Assembly: GCA_963665115.1 (NCBI GenBank)
Contig: OY762007.1
Span: 7,424,001 to 7,488,000, forward strand
From: an uncultured Rivularia sp.
GTDB taxonomy: Bacteria; Cyanobacteriota; Cyanobacteriia; Cyanobacteriales; Nostocaceae
Direction: 5' to 3'
Length of the DNA: 64,000 nt
In this document: positions 1-9,226 of the stretch, piece by piece
Layout: the number at the start of each line of letters is the position of its first letter
Numbering within the stretch: position 1 is the first letter of the stretch
Notes under the pieces: generated by a model
What the model saw: only the letters and a program-made list of their open reading frames with translations
Database searches by the model: none
What the model was told of the DNA's origin: nothing
Made by a program: the position numbers and the translations under genes

Positions 1-225
1 TCAACCGCAGCTATCGCCCCTATTGTCGGAAATAATGTCGATATAATTTTACAAGAGAAAAAAGAACCTGTAAACTACGGTCAAGATGCTGCTCAAATAG
101 TAGTAATTGTTTGCGGTGCAGCAGCATCAATTGTCGGTAGAGTCGAAGCAAAATCGCCTGTTTTTACTCCCAAATGGTTGCCGGGACCAAATAACACGGA
201 TTCTGACTCGGAGCAAATCAGTTAA
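1..225 (+). CDS. 3' end of a hypothetical membrane protein (truncated by window edge)
   Basis: Frame 1 is open from base 1 to TAA at 223-225 (…AAQIVVIVCGAAASIVGRVEAKSPVFTPKWLPGPN…) and has one hydrophobic segment; read by hand, not in the ORF track. Confidence 0.6.
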   Translation, partial: STAAIAPIVGNNVDIILQEKKEPVNYGQDAAQIVVIVCGAAASIVGRVEAKSPVFTPKWLPGPNNTDSDSEQIS

Positions 226-313
226 TTTATGAGTAATAAAATTGCGATTATTTTTACTGTTTCGGGTTGCATCTTAGATTATAAAAAAGAAGGGCTAAAG
301 CCCCTACTACTAA

Positions 314-1672
314 CTAATTACTAATTACTTCAGCATTATCTATAGCTTTAGCACTACAAGTTTTTTGATTCCATAAATAAGCGCCAATTCCCACAATAAA
401 ATTAGAAATACAAGCCGCACCAAATATTCCGTTAACTCCGTAAAGTTGTCCGCCAAAATACGCTAAGGGAATATACAGTACGAACATTCGCGTTACTGTC
501 ATCACCACGGAAGGAATTGGTTTACCCAAAGCATTAAAAGCGGAACTTGCTACATAAATAATTCCCGCACCGGCATAGCTAATTGGTACAATCCATAAAT
601 ATTGAGAAGCAATTGCAACGATATCTGGATTTGGATTGAAGAAAGCAACTAAAGTCGGCGCGGTGACAGCTAAAACCGCTGTTGCCATCAAACCCCAAAA
701 TAAACAAAATACAAAACTTAACTGCAAAGCTTTACCAACCCTTGCATACTTCTTCGCGCCCCAATTTTGTCCTACGAAAGGCGCAATAGAAGAAGATAAC
801 GCCATCACGGCAATCAATGCAAAAGATTCTATCCGGGATGCAACCCCAAAAGCAGCAACAGCTTCAGCACCAAAACCTGCTAAAAGACTTGTAATTACAC
901 CAATCGAAATCGGATTAATCATACTGCTAGCGGCAGCAGGCAAACCAACATACAAAATATCTTTCCAGCACCACAGCGTATCTTTAATAGTTGGCAGCTT
1001 TAAATACAGCATTTTTTCCTTGAAGTGCAGTACAACTAAAGCAGCAATTAAAGTAGTACCTCTTGAAATTACCGTTGCTAAAGCCGCACCTTGCAATTCC
1101 ATACGAGGAAAAACGCCTATTCCCAAAATTAACAAAGGATCTAAAGCAATATTTACAGCTGCTGCAAATATCATAATTAAACTGGGTGTTACCGTATTTC
1201 CAGAAGCGCGAATTGCACTATTACCCACCATCGGCACTACCAGAAACACCATACCAACGTACCAAATCTGCATATAGTCTCGCACCAACGGTAGTATATC
1301 GGGAGTCGCACCCAAAGCGGTAAATAAAGGATCGATAGTTAATAAACCTATAATCACAAAAATTACAACCGCAGTTATCGCCAAAGTCAAACTATTAGTA
1401 GTAAACTTTTTCACACGTTGGCGATCGCCCTCTCCAATAGCGCGGGAAATCACCGAAGAAGCCCCCACACCCAATCCCATCGACAAACTACCGAGAGTCA
1501 TCACCACCGGAAACGTAAAACTCATCGCCGCCAAAGGCTTCGTTCCCAACTGCCCGACAAAGTAAGTATCTACCAAATTGAAAGCAATAATCGCAAATAC
1601 ACCCCATATCATCGGTATGGTGAGTTTTACTAAGCTAGAGCCGACATTGCCTTCAGTTAATCGTTGTTTCAT
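314..1672 (-). CDS. MATE family efflux transporter
   Basis: 452 aa, about 12 TM segments, MATE motifs NLVDTYFVGQLG, NIALDPLLI, GAALATVIS, VGQNWGAKKYAR. Confidence 0.93.
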   Translation of the reverse strand: MKQRLTEGNVGSSLVKLTIPMIWGVFAIIAFNLVDTYFVGQLGTKPLAAMSFTFPVVMTLGSLSMGLGVGASSVISRAIGEGDRQRVKKFTTNSLTLAITAVVIFVIIGLLTIDPLFTALGATPDILPLVRDYMQIWYVGMVFLVVPMVGNSAIRASGNTVTPSLIMIFAAAVNIALDPLLILGIGVFPRMELQGAALATVISRGTTLIAALVVLHFKEKMLYLKLPTIKDTLWCWKDILYVGLPAAASSMINPISIGVITSLLAGFGAEAVAAFGVASRIESFALIAVMALSSSIAPFVGQNWGAKKYARVGKALQLSFVFCLFWGLMATAVLAVTAPTLVAFFNPNPDIVAIASQYLWIVPISYAGAGIIYVASSAFNALGKPIPSVVMTVTRMFVLYIPLAYFGGQLYGVNGIFGAACISNFIVGIGAYLWNQKTCSAKAIDNAEVISN

Positions 1673-1682
1673 AAATAAAAAT

Positions 1683-1980
1683 TTAGTAGTTAGTTGTTAG
1701 TTGTTAGTAGTTAGTTGTTAGTTGTTAGTTGTTAGTTGTTGGGCATTGGTAATTGGTAATTGGTAATTGGGCATTGGTAATTGGTAATTGGTAATTGGTA
1801 ATTGGTAATTGGTAATTGGTAATTGGTAATTGGTAATTGGTAATTGGACATTGGGCATTGGTAATTGGTAATTGGTAATTGGGCATTGGTAATTGGGCAT
1901 TGGAGATTGGTAATTGGTAATTGGTAATTGGTAATTGGTAATTGGGCATTGGTAATTGGTAATTGAGCATTGGGAATTGG
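1683..1980. repeat. STRR-type heptamer array (TTAGTTG)n followed by (TTGGTAA/TTGGGCA)n
   Basis: About 40 tandem 7-mers read directly; typical of heterocystous cyanobacteria. Confidence 0.95.
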
Positions 1981-1989
1981 AAACAATTA

Positions 1990-2012
1990 GGGAGCAAGAT
2001 GCTCCCACTACA
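1990..2012. repeat. REP-like hairpin GGGAGCAAGATGCTCCCACTACA (family A)
   Basis: 7-bp stem, 3-nt loop, flanking CTAC (GTAG on the other strand); further copies at 4199, 35007, 40467, 58955 and 59473, with variants at 25017 and 51979. Confidence 0.9.
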
Positions 2013-2034
2013 AATTATTTATTTATAAATCTTT

Positions 2035-2100
2035 CCCCTTGTCTCCTTGTCTCCTTGTCCCCCTTGTCTCCTTGTCTCCCCCCTCTTCCCCATCTCCCCC
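2035..2100. repeat. Pyrimidine-rich short tandem repeats (CCCCTTGT/CTCCTTGT-like)
   Basis: Tandem 8-9-mers read directly. Confidence 0.8.
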
Positions 2101-2135
2101 TCTCCTCACATTTTCACATTCACGATTTAAAAAAT

Positions 2136-2708
2136 ATGAAAATACTCCTCATAGCCTTTGGCTGGGCTGTTGCTCTTAGTATTGGTACTTTTTTCCTGTT
2201 TTTATCAAATCTATCAAATCATCTGAATCTTAAAGATGTTATGTCAGAGTTTACCCGCTATGGTGCGACTATTGGTTCTATCGGAGGATTGACTATCGGT
2301 ATAGTGCTGATGTGGACTACAAAAGTAATTAAGCCATCTCATGTTGCTCTTTTAACGTTTATTTGGGGAGCCAGTTTCTTCAGCGGTTTGACTATAGGTT
2401 GGCAATTCTTTCTACTGGATGCTAAGAGTGAAATTTTTAGCAGAGGTATGATTGTTGGCATGACTATAGGTGGCACTCTGGGCGGTTTTTTTACGGCTTT
2501 ACTATTACAGCATCATCAACTATTAAATGACTGGATTAATATTTCCCTCGTCACCGTTGGCTGGTTTCTAGCTTTATTTGACGGTAGCTCCTTTATCTTC
2601 GGCTTTAACTTTGTAGGCATTCCCATAATATTTACTTGCGCCGTTATTACTAGCGGAATGATTATCGGTACAGTTGGTGGCACCATTATGTTTTGGCGAA
2701 TGAGATAA
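2136..2708 (+). CDS. Hypothetical Gly-rich multi-pass membrane protein
   Basis: Likely ATG at 2136 (MKILLIAFGW); about 6 TM helices with GxxGG motifs; the upstream ORF extension is translated repeat DNA. Confidence 0.75.
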   Translation: MKILLIAFGWAVALSIGTFFLFLSNLSNHLNLKDVMSEFTRYGATIGSIGGLTIGIVLMWTTKVIKPSHVALLTFIWGASFFSGLTIGWQFFLLDAKSEIFSRGMIVGMTIGGTLGGFFTALLLQHHQLLNDWINISLVTVGWFLALFDGSSFIFGFNFVGIPIIFTCAVITSGMIIGTVGGTIMFWRMR

Positions 2709-2715
2709 CAATGTG

Positions 2716-2786
2716 TTGGGGATTGGGCATTGGGGATTGGGCATTGATAATTGGTAATTGATAATTGGTAATTGGTAATTGGTAAT
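2716..2786. repeat. STRR-type heptamer array (TTGGGGA/TTGGGCA/TTGGTAA)
   Basis: Tandem 7-mers. Confidence 0.9.
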
Positions 2787-2857
2787 TTCTACCCCCTCTC
2801 TCCCATTCCCAACGCTTTGTAGTATGCTTGTAGTGTCAAAAAATAGCAGTGGATGTT

Positions 2858-4033
2858 ATGAATTCGGGATTTGAATACAGTGGCATTACCAATTCAGAAG
2901 ATATTCAAAGATTTGGAAGTATTTTAAGGCAATGTTTTTTAGCTTCCTCAAGCGATGAAGAAGCTTGGCTGAAGCGGATGGAGGTGGAAAATGCTCGCAT
3001 AATTCGTCAGGAAAAAGAACTTGTCGGTGGATTGGTAAATATTCCGATGGGGCAATGGTGGAATGGTGCAAGTGTTCCGATGACGGGTATCGCTGGGGTT
3101 GGTGTTGCTCCGGAGGCTCGCGGTAGTGGTGCGGCGTTGAGTTTAATGGAGCAGGCTGTTAAAGAGCTTTACGAAAGTGATGTAGCGATTTCGGTACTTT
3201 ATCCAGCAACTCAACGGCTTTATCGGAAAGTTGGATACGAGCAAGGTGGTAGTTTTTGTAGTTGGGAAATTCCAGCTTCTAGTATTCAAATGAAGGAACA
3301 ACCTTTGTCTGTAAAATCTGTTCCCTTAGACTCAAATATCTTTTACGAACTATATTCAAAGCAGGCAAAAAATATAAATGGATATTTAAACCGGAATCAA
3401 ACCATCTGGAATCGAATCAGAAAACCAGGTGATAAAGAGACTTTCTATGGTTATATTTTTGGTTCTATAGCAAAACCTGAAGGTTATATTATAATCAGCC
3501 AGTATTCACAAGATGGCGACAATATTTTAAGTGTGGTTGATTGGGTAATTTTAACAAGTGCTGCTGCAAAAACCTTTTGGTCATTTCTAAGCAATCATCG
3601 CTCTCAAATAGATAAAATACGCTGGAGAGCTTCTATAATTGATAATTTAACATTAAACTTACCAGAGCAAACAGCTAAAAATAGACTCACCCAACGCTGG
3701 TTTTTACGAATCATAAATGTACAAAAAGCATTATCAGCACGTGGTTATCCTTCGGGCTTGGAAACCGAATTGCATTTAGAAATAGCAGATGATTTAATAG
3801 TAGAAAACAACGGTAAATTTATATTATCAATCGCTAACGGATGTGGAAATGTCGTAAAAGGTGGTAAAGGTAAATTAAAGTTAGATATCCGAGGTTTGGC
3901 ACCGTTGTATACAGGATTATTCTCACCACAGCAATTGCAGCTTGCAGAAAAACTCGACGCAACAGATAAGTTACTTTCCAGCGCTACGCAGATATTTGCG
4001 GGTACCTCTCCCTGGATGATGGATTTTTTCTAA
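2858..4033 (+). CDS. Eis-like GNAT acetyltransferase with C-terminal SCP2-like domain
   Basis: GIAGVGVAPEARGSG acetyl-CoA motif, LYPATQRLYRKVGYE, R-I-I-N-V…AL..RGY, C-terminal DFF; start GTG 2849 or ATG 2858. Confidence 0.88.
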   Translation: MNSGFEYSGITNSEDIQRFGSILRQCFLASSSDEEAWLKRMEVENARIIRQEKELVGGLVNIPMGQWWNGASVPMTGIAGVGVAPEARGSGAALSLMEQAVKELYESDVAISVLYPATQRLYRKVGYEQGGSFCSWEIPASSIQMKEQPLSVKSVPLDSNIFYELYSKQAKNINGYLNRNQTIWNRIRKPGDKETFYGYIFGSIAKPEGYIIISQYSQDGDNILSVVDWVILTSAAAKTFWSFLSNHRSQIDKIRWRASIIDNLTLNLPEQTAKNRLTQRWFLRIINVQKALSARGYPSGLETELHLEIADDLIVENNGKFILSIANGCGNVVKGGKGKLKLDIRGLAPLYTGLFSPQQLQLAEKLDATDKLLSSATQIFAGTSPWMMDFF

Positions 4034-4221
4034 TTGGTAATTGGTAATTGGTAATTGGTAATTGGTAATTGGGCACTGGGGATTAGGCATTGAGAAGACG
4101 AGAGAGGGGGGAGAGGGGGAAGAGGGGGAAGAGGGGGGAGAGGGGGGAGAGGGGGAAGAGGGGGAAGAGGGGGAAGAGAGGGAAGAGGGGAATTATCAGG
4201 AAGCAAGATGCTCCCACTACA
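4032..4221. repeat. Composite repeat: (TTGGTAA)n, purine tract (GGGGAAGA-like)n, family A hairpin
   Basis: Read directly between convergent genes. Confidence 0.9.
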
Positions 4222-4260
4222 GATGGTTTTATCACTCTTAACCCAAAATACCTTTAACCT

Positions 4261-5715
4261 TTAACCTTTAACCTTTGACCTCAACTGTCGTACTCTGCCT
4301 TTATAATTAATTGTTTGCTTTTTGGAGCGTTTGCCCAAGGAGCGAATTGCTGTTACTTTGATACGGACTTTTGTTCCAATTTCTAATCCTTCTTGGGGAA
4401 TTGGTAGTTTTCCTAAAGCTAGAATAAAACGGTTGTAGTCTTGGGTAACTAATTCGGGGGGAATGTCGGCTTCGTATTCGCTTCCGTTATCGCCTCTTAT
4501 TTCATACTCTACCCGAAACCGAGTTTTGATAATATCCGATTTGCGAGCTAAATCTACTAAACTTAGTTGCAAATTTTCTCCGCTACCTACAAAGTCGGCT
4601 ACTGCTAATTCGGTAACTTCTTTTTCCGGAATTGCGTTATTAACTACTAATTTTGTTAAATTTCCTTCTTGCTTTTTACTAATATCAAGCCACAGCTTTT
4701 TCGGAAAATCAACTTCGATTTTACCATCGTTGTTTAAATTTAATTTAAGATTAAGTTTACTAAAATTACTTATTGGCTGCAATTCTAGCCAAACTACTTG
4801 AAAATCTCTTTCTATCCGCCGATCGAATTCGCTATATTTATCCGCAATTACCGAGCCTGGAGCGAGTAAAGAAACGGCACCACTACGGACAATCCAACGA
4901 TTTTTTGATAAACGAATTGATTTATCCTGCAACTCTGAAAAATTTAATAGTGCTTTGGGATTATCTGCTGCAAGCTGTGTTTTACCCTTAACTAATCTCA
5001 AATACCCCAAACGTCCTCTTTTGCCATCCTTACCGTCGTAACCATCACGCCCATCGCTGCCGCTGTAACATCGATATGTGCGATTTTTACACTTATAACT
5101 ATCGGTGCCTTTTTTACCACTACAGGATTTAACAGTCCAACTGCGGCGACGACATCTGCAACCTCTCGCACCATCTCCACCGCGCCCTCCGCGCCCTGCT
5201 TCTCCTCCTTGACTGCGTACTAAAATACTTCTTAAATCGGCAATATTACTGTAATAAACACTTAAATTACCGCCACTACCACCGTTACCACCACTACCAG
5301 CATCGCCTCCTTTACCACCATCTCTTGCGTGGATATCGCGTTTTAGATTACGCTTACCATCACGATATCTACGACGACAATAAGGGCGATCGCCATCTTC
5401 ACCGTCTTCCCCATCTTCACCATCTAACCCAGACAAATCGAGGTTTACAGGAGAGCCATCGGCAAATACTGTAGCGTCTCTACCGCTGCGCCCACTTCTA
5501 CCACTGCGCCCATCGCTGCCATCCGAGCCATCGCCCTCGCCATACCTTCTATAATTATTGTCTCGTCGATAGTCTCTTGCTATTTTTCCCGACTTCTCCA
5601 GACACAACATGGTATCGAATTCAGAAGCAGAAGCCGGTAAGCCATTAGCTAATAAGCCAAATAAGAGCAGAAATGATAGCTTTCCATAAATAATCTTTAG
5701 CATTTTAAAATTCAT
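4261..5715 (-). CDS. Secreted protein with interrupted Gly-X-X (collagen-like) repeats and Cys-rich loops
   Basis: Signal peptide (…GLPASA), blocks GSDGSDGRSGRSGRSG, GEDGEDGEDG, GRDGYDGKDGKRG, several Cys, beta-rich C-terminus. Confidence 0.8.
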   Translation of the reverse strand: MNFKMLKIIYGKLSFLLLFGLLANGLPASASEFDTMLCLEKSGKIARDYRRDNNYRRYGEGDGSDGSDGRSGRSGRSGRDATVFADGSPVNLDLSGLDGEDGEDGEDGDRPYCRRRYRDGKRNLKRDIHARDGGKGGDAGSGGNGGSGGNLSVYYSNIADLRSILVRSQGGEAGRGGRGGDGARGCRCRRRSWTVKSCSGKKGTDSYKCKNRTYRCYSGSDGRDGYDGKDGKRGRLGYLRLVKGKTQLAADNPKALLNFSELQDKSIRLSKNRWIVRSGAVSLLAPGSVIADKYSEFDRRIERDFQVVWLELQPISNFSKLNLKLNLNNDGKIEVDFPKKLWLDISKKQEGNLTKLVVNNAIPEKEVTELAVADFVGSGENLQLSLVDLARKSDIIKTRFRVEYEIRGDNGSEYEADIPPELVTQDYNRFILALGKLPIPQEGLEIGTKVRIKVTAIRSLGKRSKKQTINYKGRVRQLRSKVKG

Positions 5716-5971
5716 TTCTAATTTATTAGGGAATAATTTAAACCACCAGAATTGATGTTTATTTTCCGGAATTCAATAGAAAATTTAAAGTCAAAATTAT
5801 ACTTTTATTTCTCAAATGAAGATTGTTTTTATTTGTTGCCAATCAGATATAGTTTTACTTACTTAAGTAAGACTATAATTTGAAAAAAAAGTGCCTTATT
5901 TCAAAAAAAATAAATGTTTCGTTAAATTTTTGAGAAATATTACAATATATCGAGACGGCGTGCACTATGTA

Positions 5972-6198
5972 TTATTCGCTCTGAAATACTAACTTTTCTA
6001 CGGCATCCATTCCAGCAAAAAACCTATCTGCCTTTCTTTTCTTCGACTCGCTTTTTGCTGTTCCAATTCAGTAGACAAACGTAGATTATTTGTAATTGCA
6101 TAACTTGTAGAAAGCTTAGTTAAAGTAACTTCCTCGGCAGTACCCGCAACCCAACTGCGAGTAAAAGCGATATCTGCGCCATGTTTATTTACAGTATT
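5972..6198 (-). pseudogene. Possible gene remnant (about 75 open codons, no start codon)
   Basis: Reads NKHGADIAFTRSWVAGTAEEVTLTKLSTSYAITNNLRLSTELEQQKSES…; higher GC than its flanks; in-frame TGA immediately upstream. Confidence 0.3.
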
Positions 6199-6569
6199 TC
6201 AATTATTTAAAATTATCTTTAAATATTGTTCCCACTTTCTAGATGGGAGCAATCATTTTTTCGCTATTAGGTGGGGAATTTTATTACCCGTTGCTATAGA
6301 TGTCGAGATGCAAAGTTGCTTTTAGCTGTATTGCATATCCATTAATCCTTCTCGCGATAAAAATGCAGATAAAAAAAACCGCAGAGACAAGCCACTGCGT
6401 TGGGCGCGGGGCAAGTGGCGTGCGGAGAGCGCTAAGGAAAGAGATAAAAGTAATTACTTGGCTAGTTAATTGCTAAATATTAGTTTTTCACAAACTTCAC
6501 GTAATCGTTCCGAACTATAGTGTATTCATTAATACTATATATACTAACTAAATAATAATAGTAAACGTC

Positions 6570-7826
6570 ATGCAACTACCGTCATCAAATCGAGCTTCCA
6601 ACAGCGAATCCTCTACTGAATTACGAGAGGAAGTTGATAACCTTTCTAACATTGCTAGTAATATAGCGATTGACAGCGAGATGCAAGCCAAGATACAAAG
6701 CTTGTTGGCTCAGATTAAAACGAGTCTGCAACAACAACAATTAAGTATCGAAATACAGCGAGAGCTTGCTAGATTGTTAACTTTAATATCTACATTAAAT
6801 TATCGCAATTCTCAACACGTTGATATTTTAGATTTAGCTATTTCTATTCTGTTGGAAAATAAAGAAGATATAATTCAAAACAAAACAAATTCAAATTTAC
6901 CGAATAAAGTATCCAATAAAAGTTCTCGAAATCTAGTTTTTATCCAAGAAGCAAGACGACAAATAGCAATTCAAACGCGAGAATATCCACATCCTTTCAA
7001 CGCAATTATCAAAGGTACTGGGGGTGCTTACAATCGATTGCTTTCCGGTTTGAGTTGGTTTTTAATCATATTTGTGATTTGTCCGATATTCGCAAGCGGG
7101 TTAACATTCGTTGCTTTAAATACTATTGGTGCAATAAAACAAGTTGAGCAGAGTAAAAATATTGAATTGCTTAAAAAGGAACTTAAGAATAAAGAAGAGC
7201 AACTTCAAACAACTAACGAAATTCGCAATTCTCTTCAAGTTAGACTAGAAAAGGTAAACGGGGAAATTAAAAAAATCAACCAGAATAATAATTTATCTAC
7301 GGATATGAAAGAAATTACAAGTAAAGTTGGTAATCTTAATAGCAATATTGAACAAGAATTAAAATCTATCTCTATTAAAGAAGAAGAAAATACTTCTCAA
7401 GAGAATCAAGCCCTAAAAATTGATGAAAATCAATTAATAACTCTGACAAACTTAATTTATAAATCTCCTATTTTCTCTATATTTGTAGCAGTTTCGATGG
7501 GGGCTTTAGGAAGTGCAGTCAGCGTTATTGTACGTGCTAATAAATTTATCGAACAAGGCAAAGAAGGACAATCGGACTTATTTTTTACCGGCTTTTTTCG
7601 TCCGATTGTCGGTATGTCTTTTGCTATTTTCGCGGTAGCAGTAATTGAATCTGGTATATTTTCCGGTGTTTTCAAAATAACTCAAGATGAGGATAGCACC
7701 GTTTATCTTTATATGACAATAGCCTTTCTCGCTGGGTTCAGTGAAAGATTAGTTGAAGACGTAGTTTTAAAAACCGAAAATAGCTTAACAGGCTTTTCTT
7801 CACGCTCCGATAAATCCGAAAAATAA
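6570..7826 (+). CDS. Hypothetical membrane protein with coiled coil and C-terminal 3-TM module
   Basis: 418 aa; TM near aa 160-185, long coiled coil, then GALGSAVSV…RPIVG…AFLAGFSER. Confidence 0.8.
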   Translation: MQLPSSNRASNSESSTELREEVDNLSNIASNIAIDSEMQAKIQSLLAQIKTSLQQQQLSIEIQRELARLLTLISTLNYRNSQHVDILDLAISILLENKEDIIQNKTNSNLPNKVSNKSSRNLVFIQEARRQIAIQTREYPHPFNAIIKGTGGAYNRLLSGLSWFLIIFVICPIFASGLTFVALNTIGAIKQVEQSKNIELLKKELKNKEEQLQTTNEIRNSLQVRLEKVNGEIKKINQNNNLSTDMKEITSKVGNLNSNIEQELKSISIKEEENTSQENQALKIDENQLITLTNLIYKSPIFSIFVAVSMGALGSAVSVIVRANKFIEQGKEGQSDLFFTGFFRPIVGMSFAIFAVAVIESGIFSGVFKITQDEDSTVYLYMTIAFLAGFSERLVEDVVLKTENSLTGFSSRSDKSEK

Positions 7827-7852
7827 TTGTTAATTGTTAATTGTTCATTGAT

Positions 7853-8968
7853 TTACTCTTCATTTATTATCGAATCATCTTCAATTACTGGATTTGTCGG
7901 ACTAACATCTACAAAAGCCAGATTAGTCTCTGGTTCGCTTTTACCGTTCAAGTGCCAGTTATTAAGAACATCTTTGACTAAGATTTCTTGAATAAAAGTT
8001 TGTAATATAAGCACTAAAGGAATTGCCAGAAATAAACCCAGAAAACCAAAGAAATTTGCAAAAACTACCACAGCTAATAAAGTTAGCACTGGCAATAAAG
8101 AGACTTGTGACTTCATTACCAAAGGTACAACAATTAAACTTTCAACCTGTTGAATACCGATATATATGGCAATTACAGCAAGTGCTTTCCAAGGTGCATC
8201 AAGTAGCGCTAATAACAAGGGTGGAATCAAACTTAAGGTAGGGCCAACATTAGGAATAAATTCTAAGAATCCAGCTATAATTGCATTAATTAAAGGTAGT
8301 CGCACCCCTAAAATTAATAAACTAATATAGCTCAAACCACCGATAAGAAACATCGTAAGTAGAGTACCTTTTATCCAACCGACTAAAGAGTCTTCGCATT
8401 TTTGAATAATTTCGTCCATGCGCCGACGATAAAAGGCTGGGAAAAGCAATATAAAGCCGCTTCGATAGGGTTTTGGATCTATCAAAAGCATTATAGTTAA
8501 AACTAAGAAGAGTAGTGAGTTTAAAACAATATTAAACGATTGACTTATAACTCCAAAAACGTTTCCTAAAACTGCATCTAACCAAGTTTGTAAACCTTGA
8601 GTCAAATATCTTAAACCTTGAATTTCCTCTAAAACTGCTTCGGGAATTACTTTTAAAAGCCAGTCATTCCATACCCGTACTTGGTCTAAAAGTTTCGGTA
8701 CCAAAAAAGTAAATTCGCGTAACTGTTCAATAATTTTTGGAGCAATTAGGGCGAAAAAACCCGACACAATTGTAAGTAGTAAAAGTACTGATATTCCAAC
8801 TGCAAACCCTCGCGGAATCTTAAGTTTTTGTAATACTTTAACAACTTGATTTAAAGCAGTTGCTAACACAATGGCAGCAAAGACGATCAATAAAACTTGT
8901 CTAATTTGCCACAAGATATATATTGATACAACGAAAACAAAGAAACCAATCCATTTTCCTATACGCAC
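7853..8968 (-). CDS. AI-2E (UPF0118/PerM) family transporter
   Basis: FIPNVGP, QQVESLIVVPLVM and FGFLGLFLAIP motifs; GGAGG RBS upstream of GTG. Confidence 0.92.
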   Translation of the reverse strand: MRIGKWIGFFVFVVSIYILWQIRQVLLIVFAAIVLATALNQVVKVLQKLKIPRGFAVGISVLLLLTIVSGFFALIAPKIIEQLREFTFLVPKLLDQVRVWNDWLLKVIPEAVLEEIQGLRYLTQGLQTWLDAVLGNVFGVISQSFNIVLNSLLFLVLTIMLLIDPKPYRSGFILLFPAFYRRRMDEIIQKCEDSLVGWIKGTLLTMFLIGGLSYISLLILGVRLPLINAIIAGFLEFIPNVGPTLSLIPPLLLALLDAPWKALAVIAIYIGIQQVESLIVVPLVMKSQVSLLPVLTLLAVVVFANFFGFLGLFLAIPLVLILQTFIQEILVKDVLNNWHLNGKSEPETNLAFVDVSPTNPVIEDDSIINEE

Positions 8969-9091
8969 AAAATGCCTCCGTATTTTCCCAGTTTAAACCA
9001 ATGTATATGTAGAATATCCGCTTCAATGGTTCGTGTCTTCCTCCGCAAGTAAGTAACATTTCATCTGTAATAGGTACGGAAATAAGCAATA

Positions 9092-9107
9092 TCCTTCTTT
9101 AGAAAGA
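9092..9107. promoter_or_regulatory. 16-bp palindromic motif TCTNNCTNNAGNNAGA (1 mismatch)
   Basis: TCCTTCTTTAGAAAGA; related copies at 13914 and 15095. Confidence 0.45.
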
Positions 9108-9226
9108 CCAAAATAGCTGTTTTACGAAGTAATCTGAAGTAATAAGCTAATTAACTACTAATAGTTTTGATTTTCTCCACAAGATGATTGTGCTTATTGG
9201 AAAACTAAAATACCATTTATAGAATC

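Noticed and set aside
636..1277. 213-aa ORF antisense to the MATE gene, and similar antisense ORFs at 35550-35933, 37366-37701 and 4463-4801
   Set aside because: Shadows of well-supported genes on the opposite strand, with no independent motifs
1718..2008. Three overlapping ORFs with PITNYQL repeats
   Set aside because: Translation of a stop-free heptamer array in all three frames; not genes
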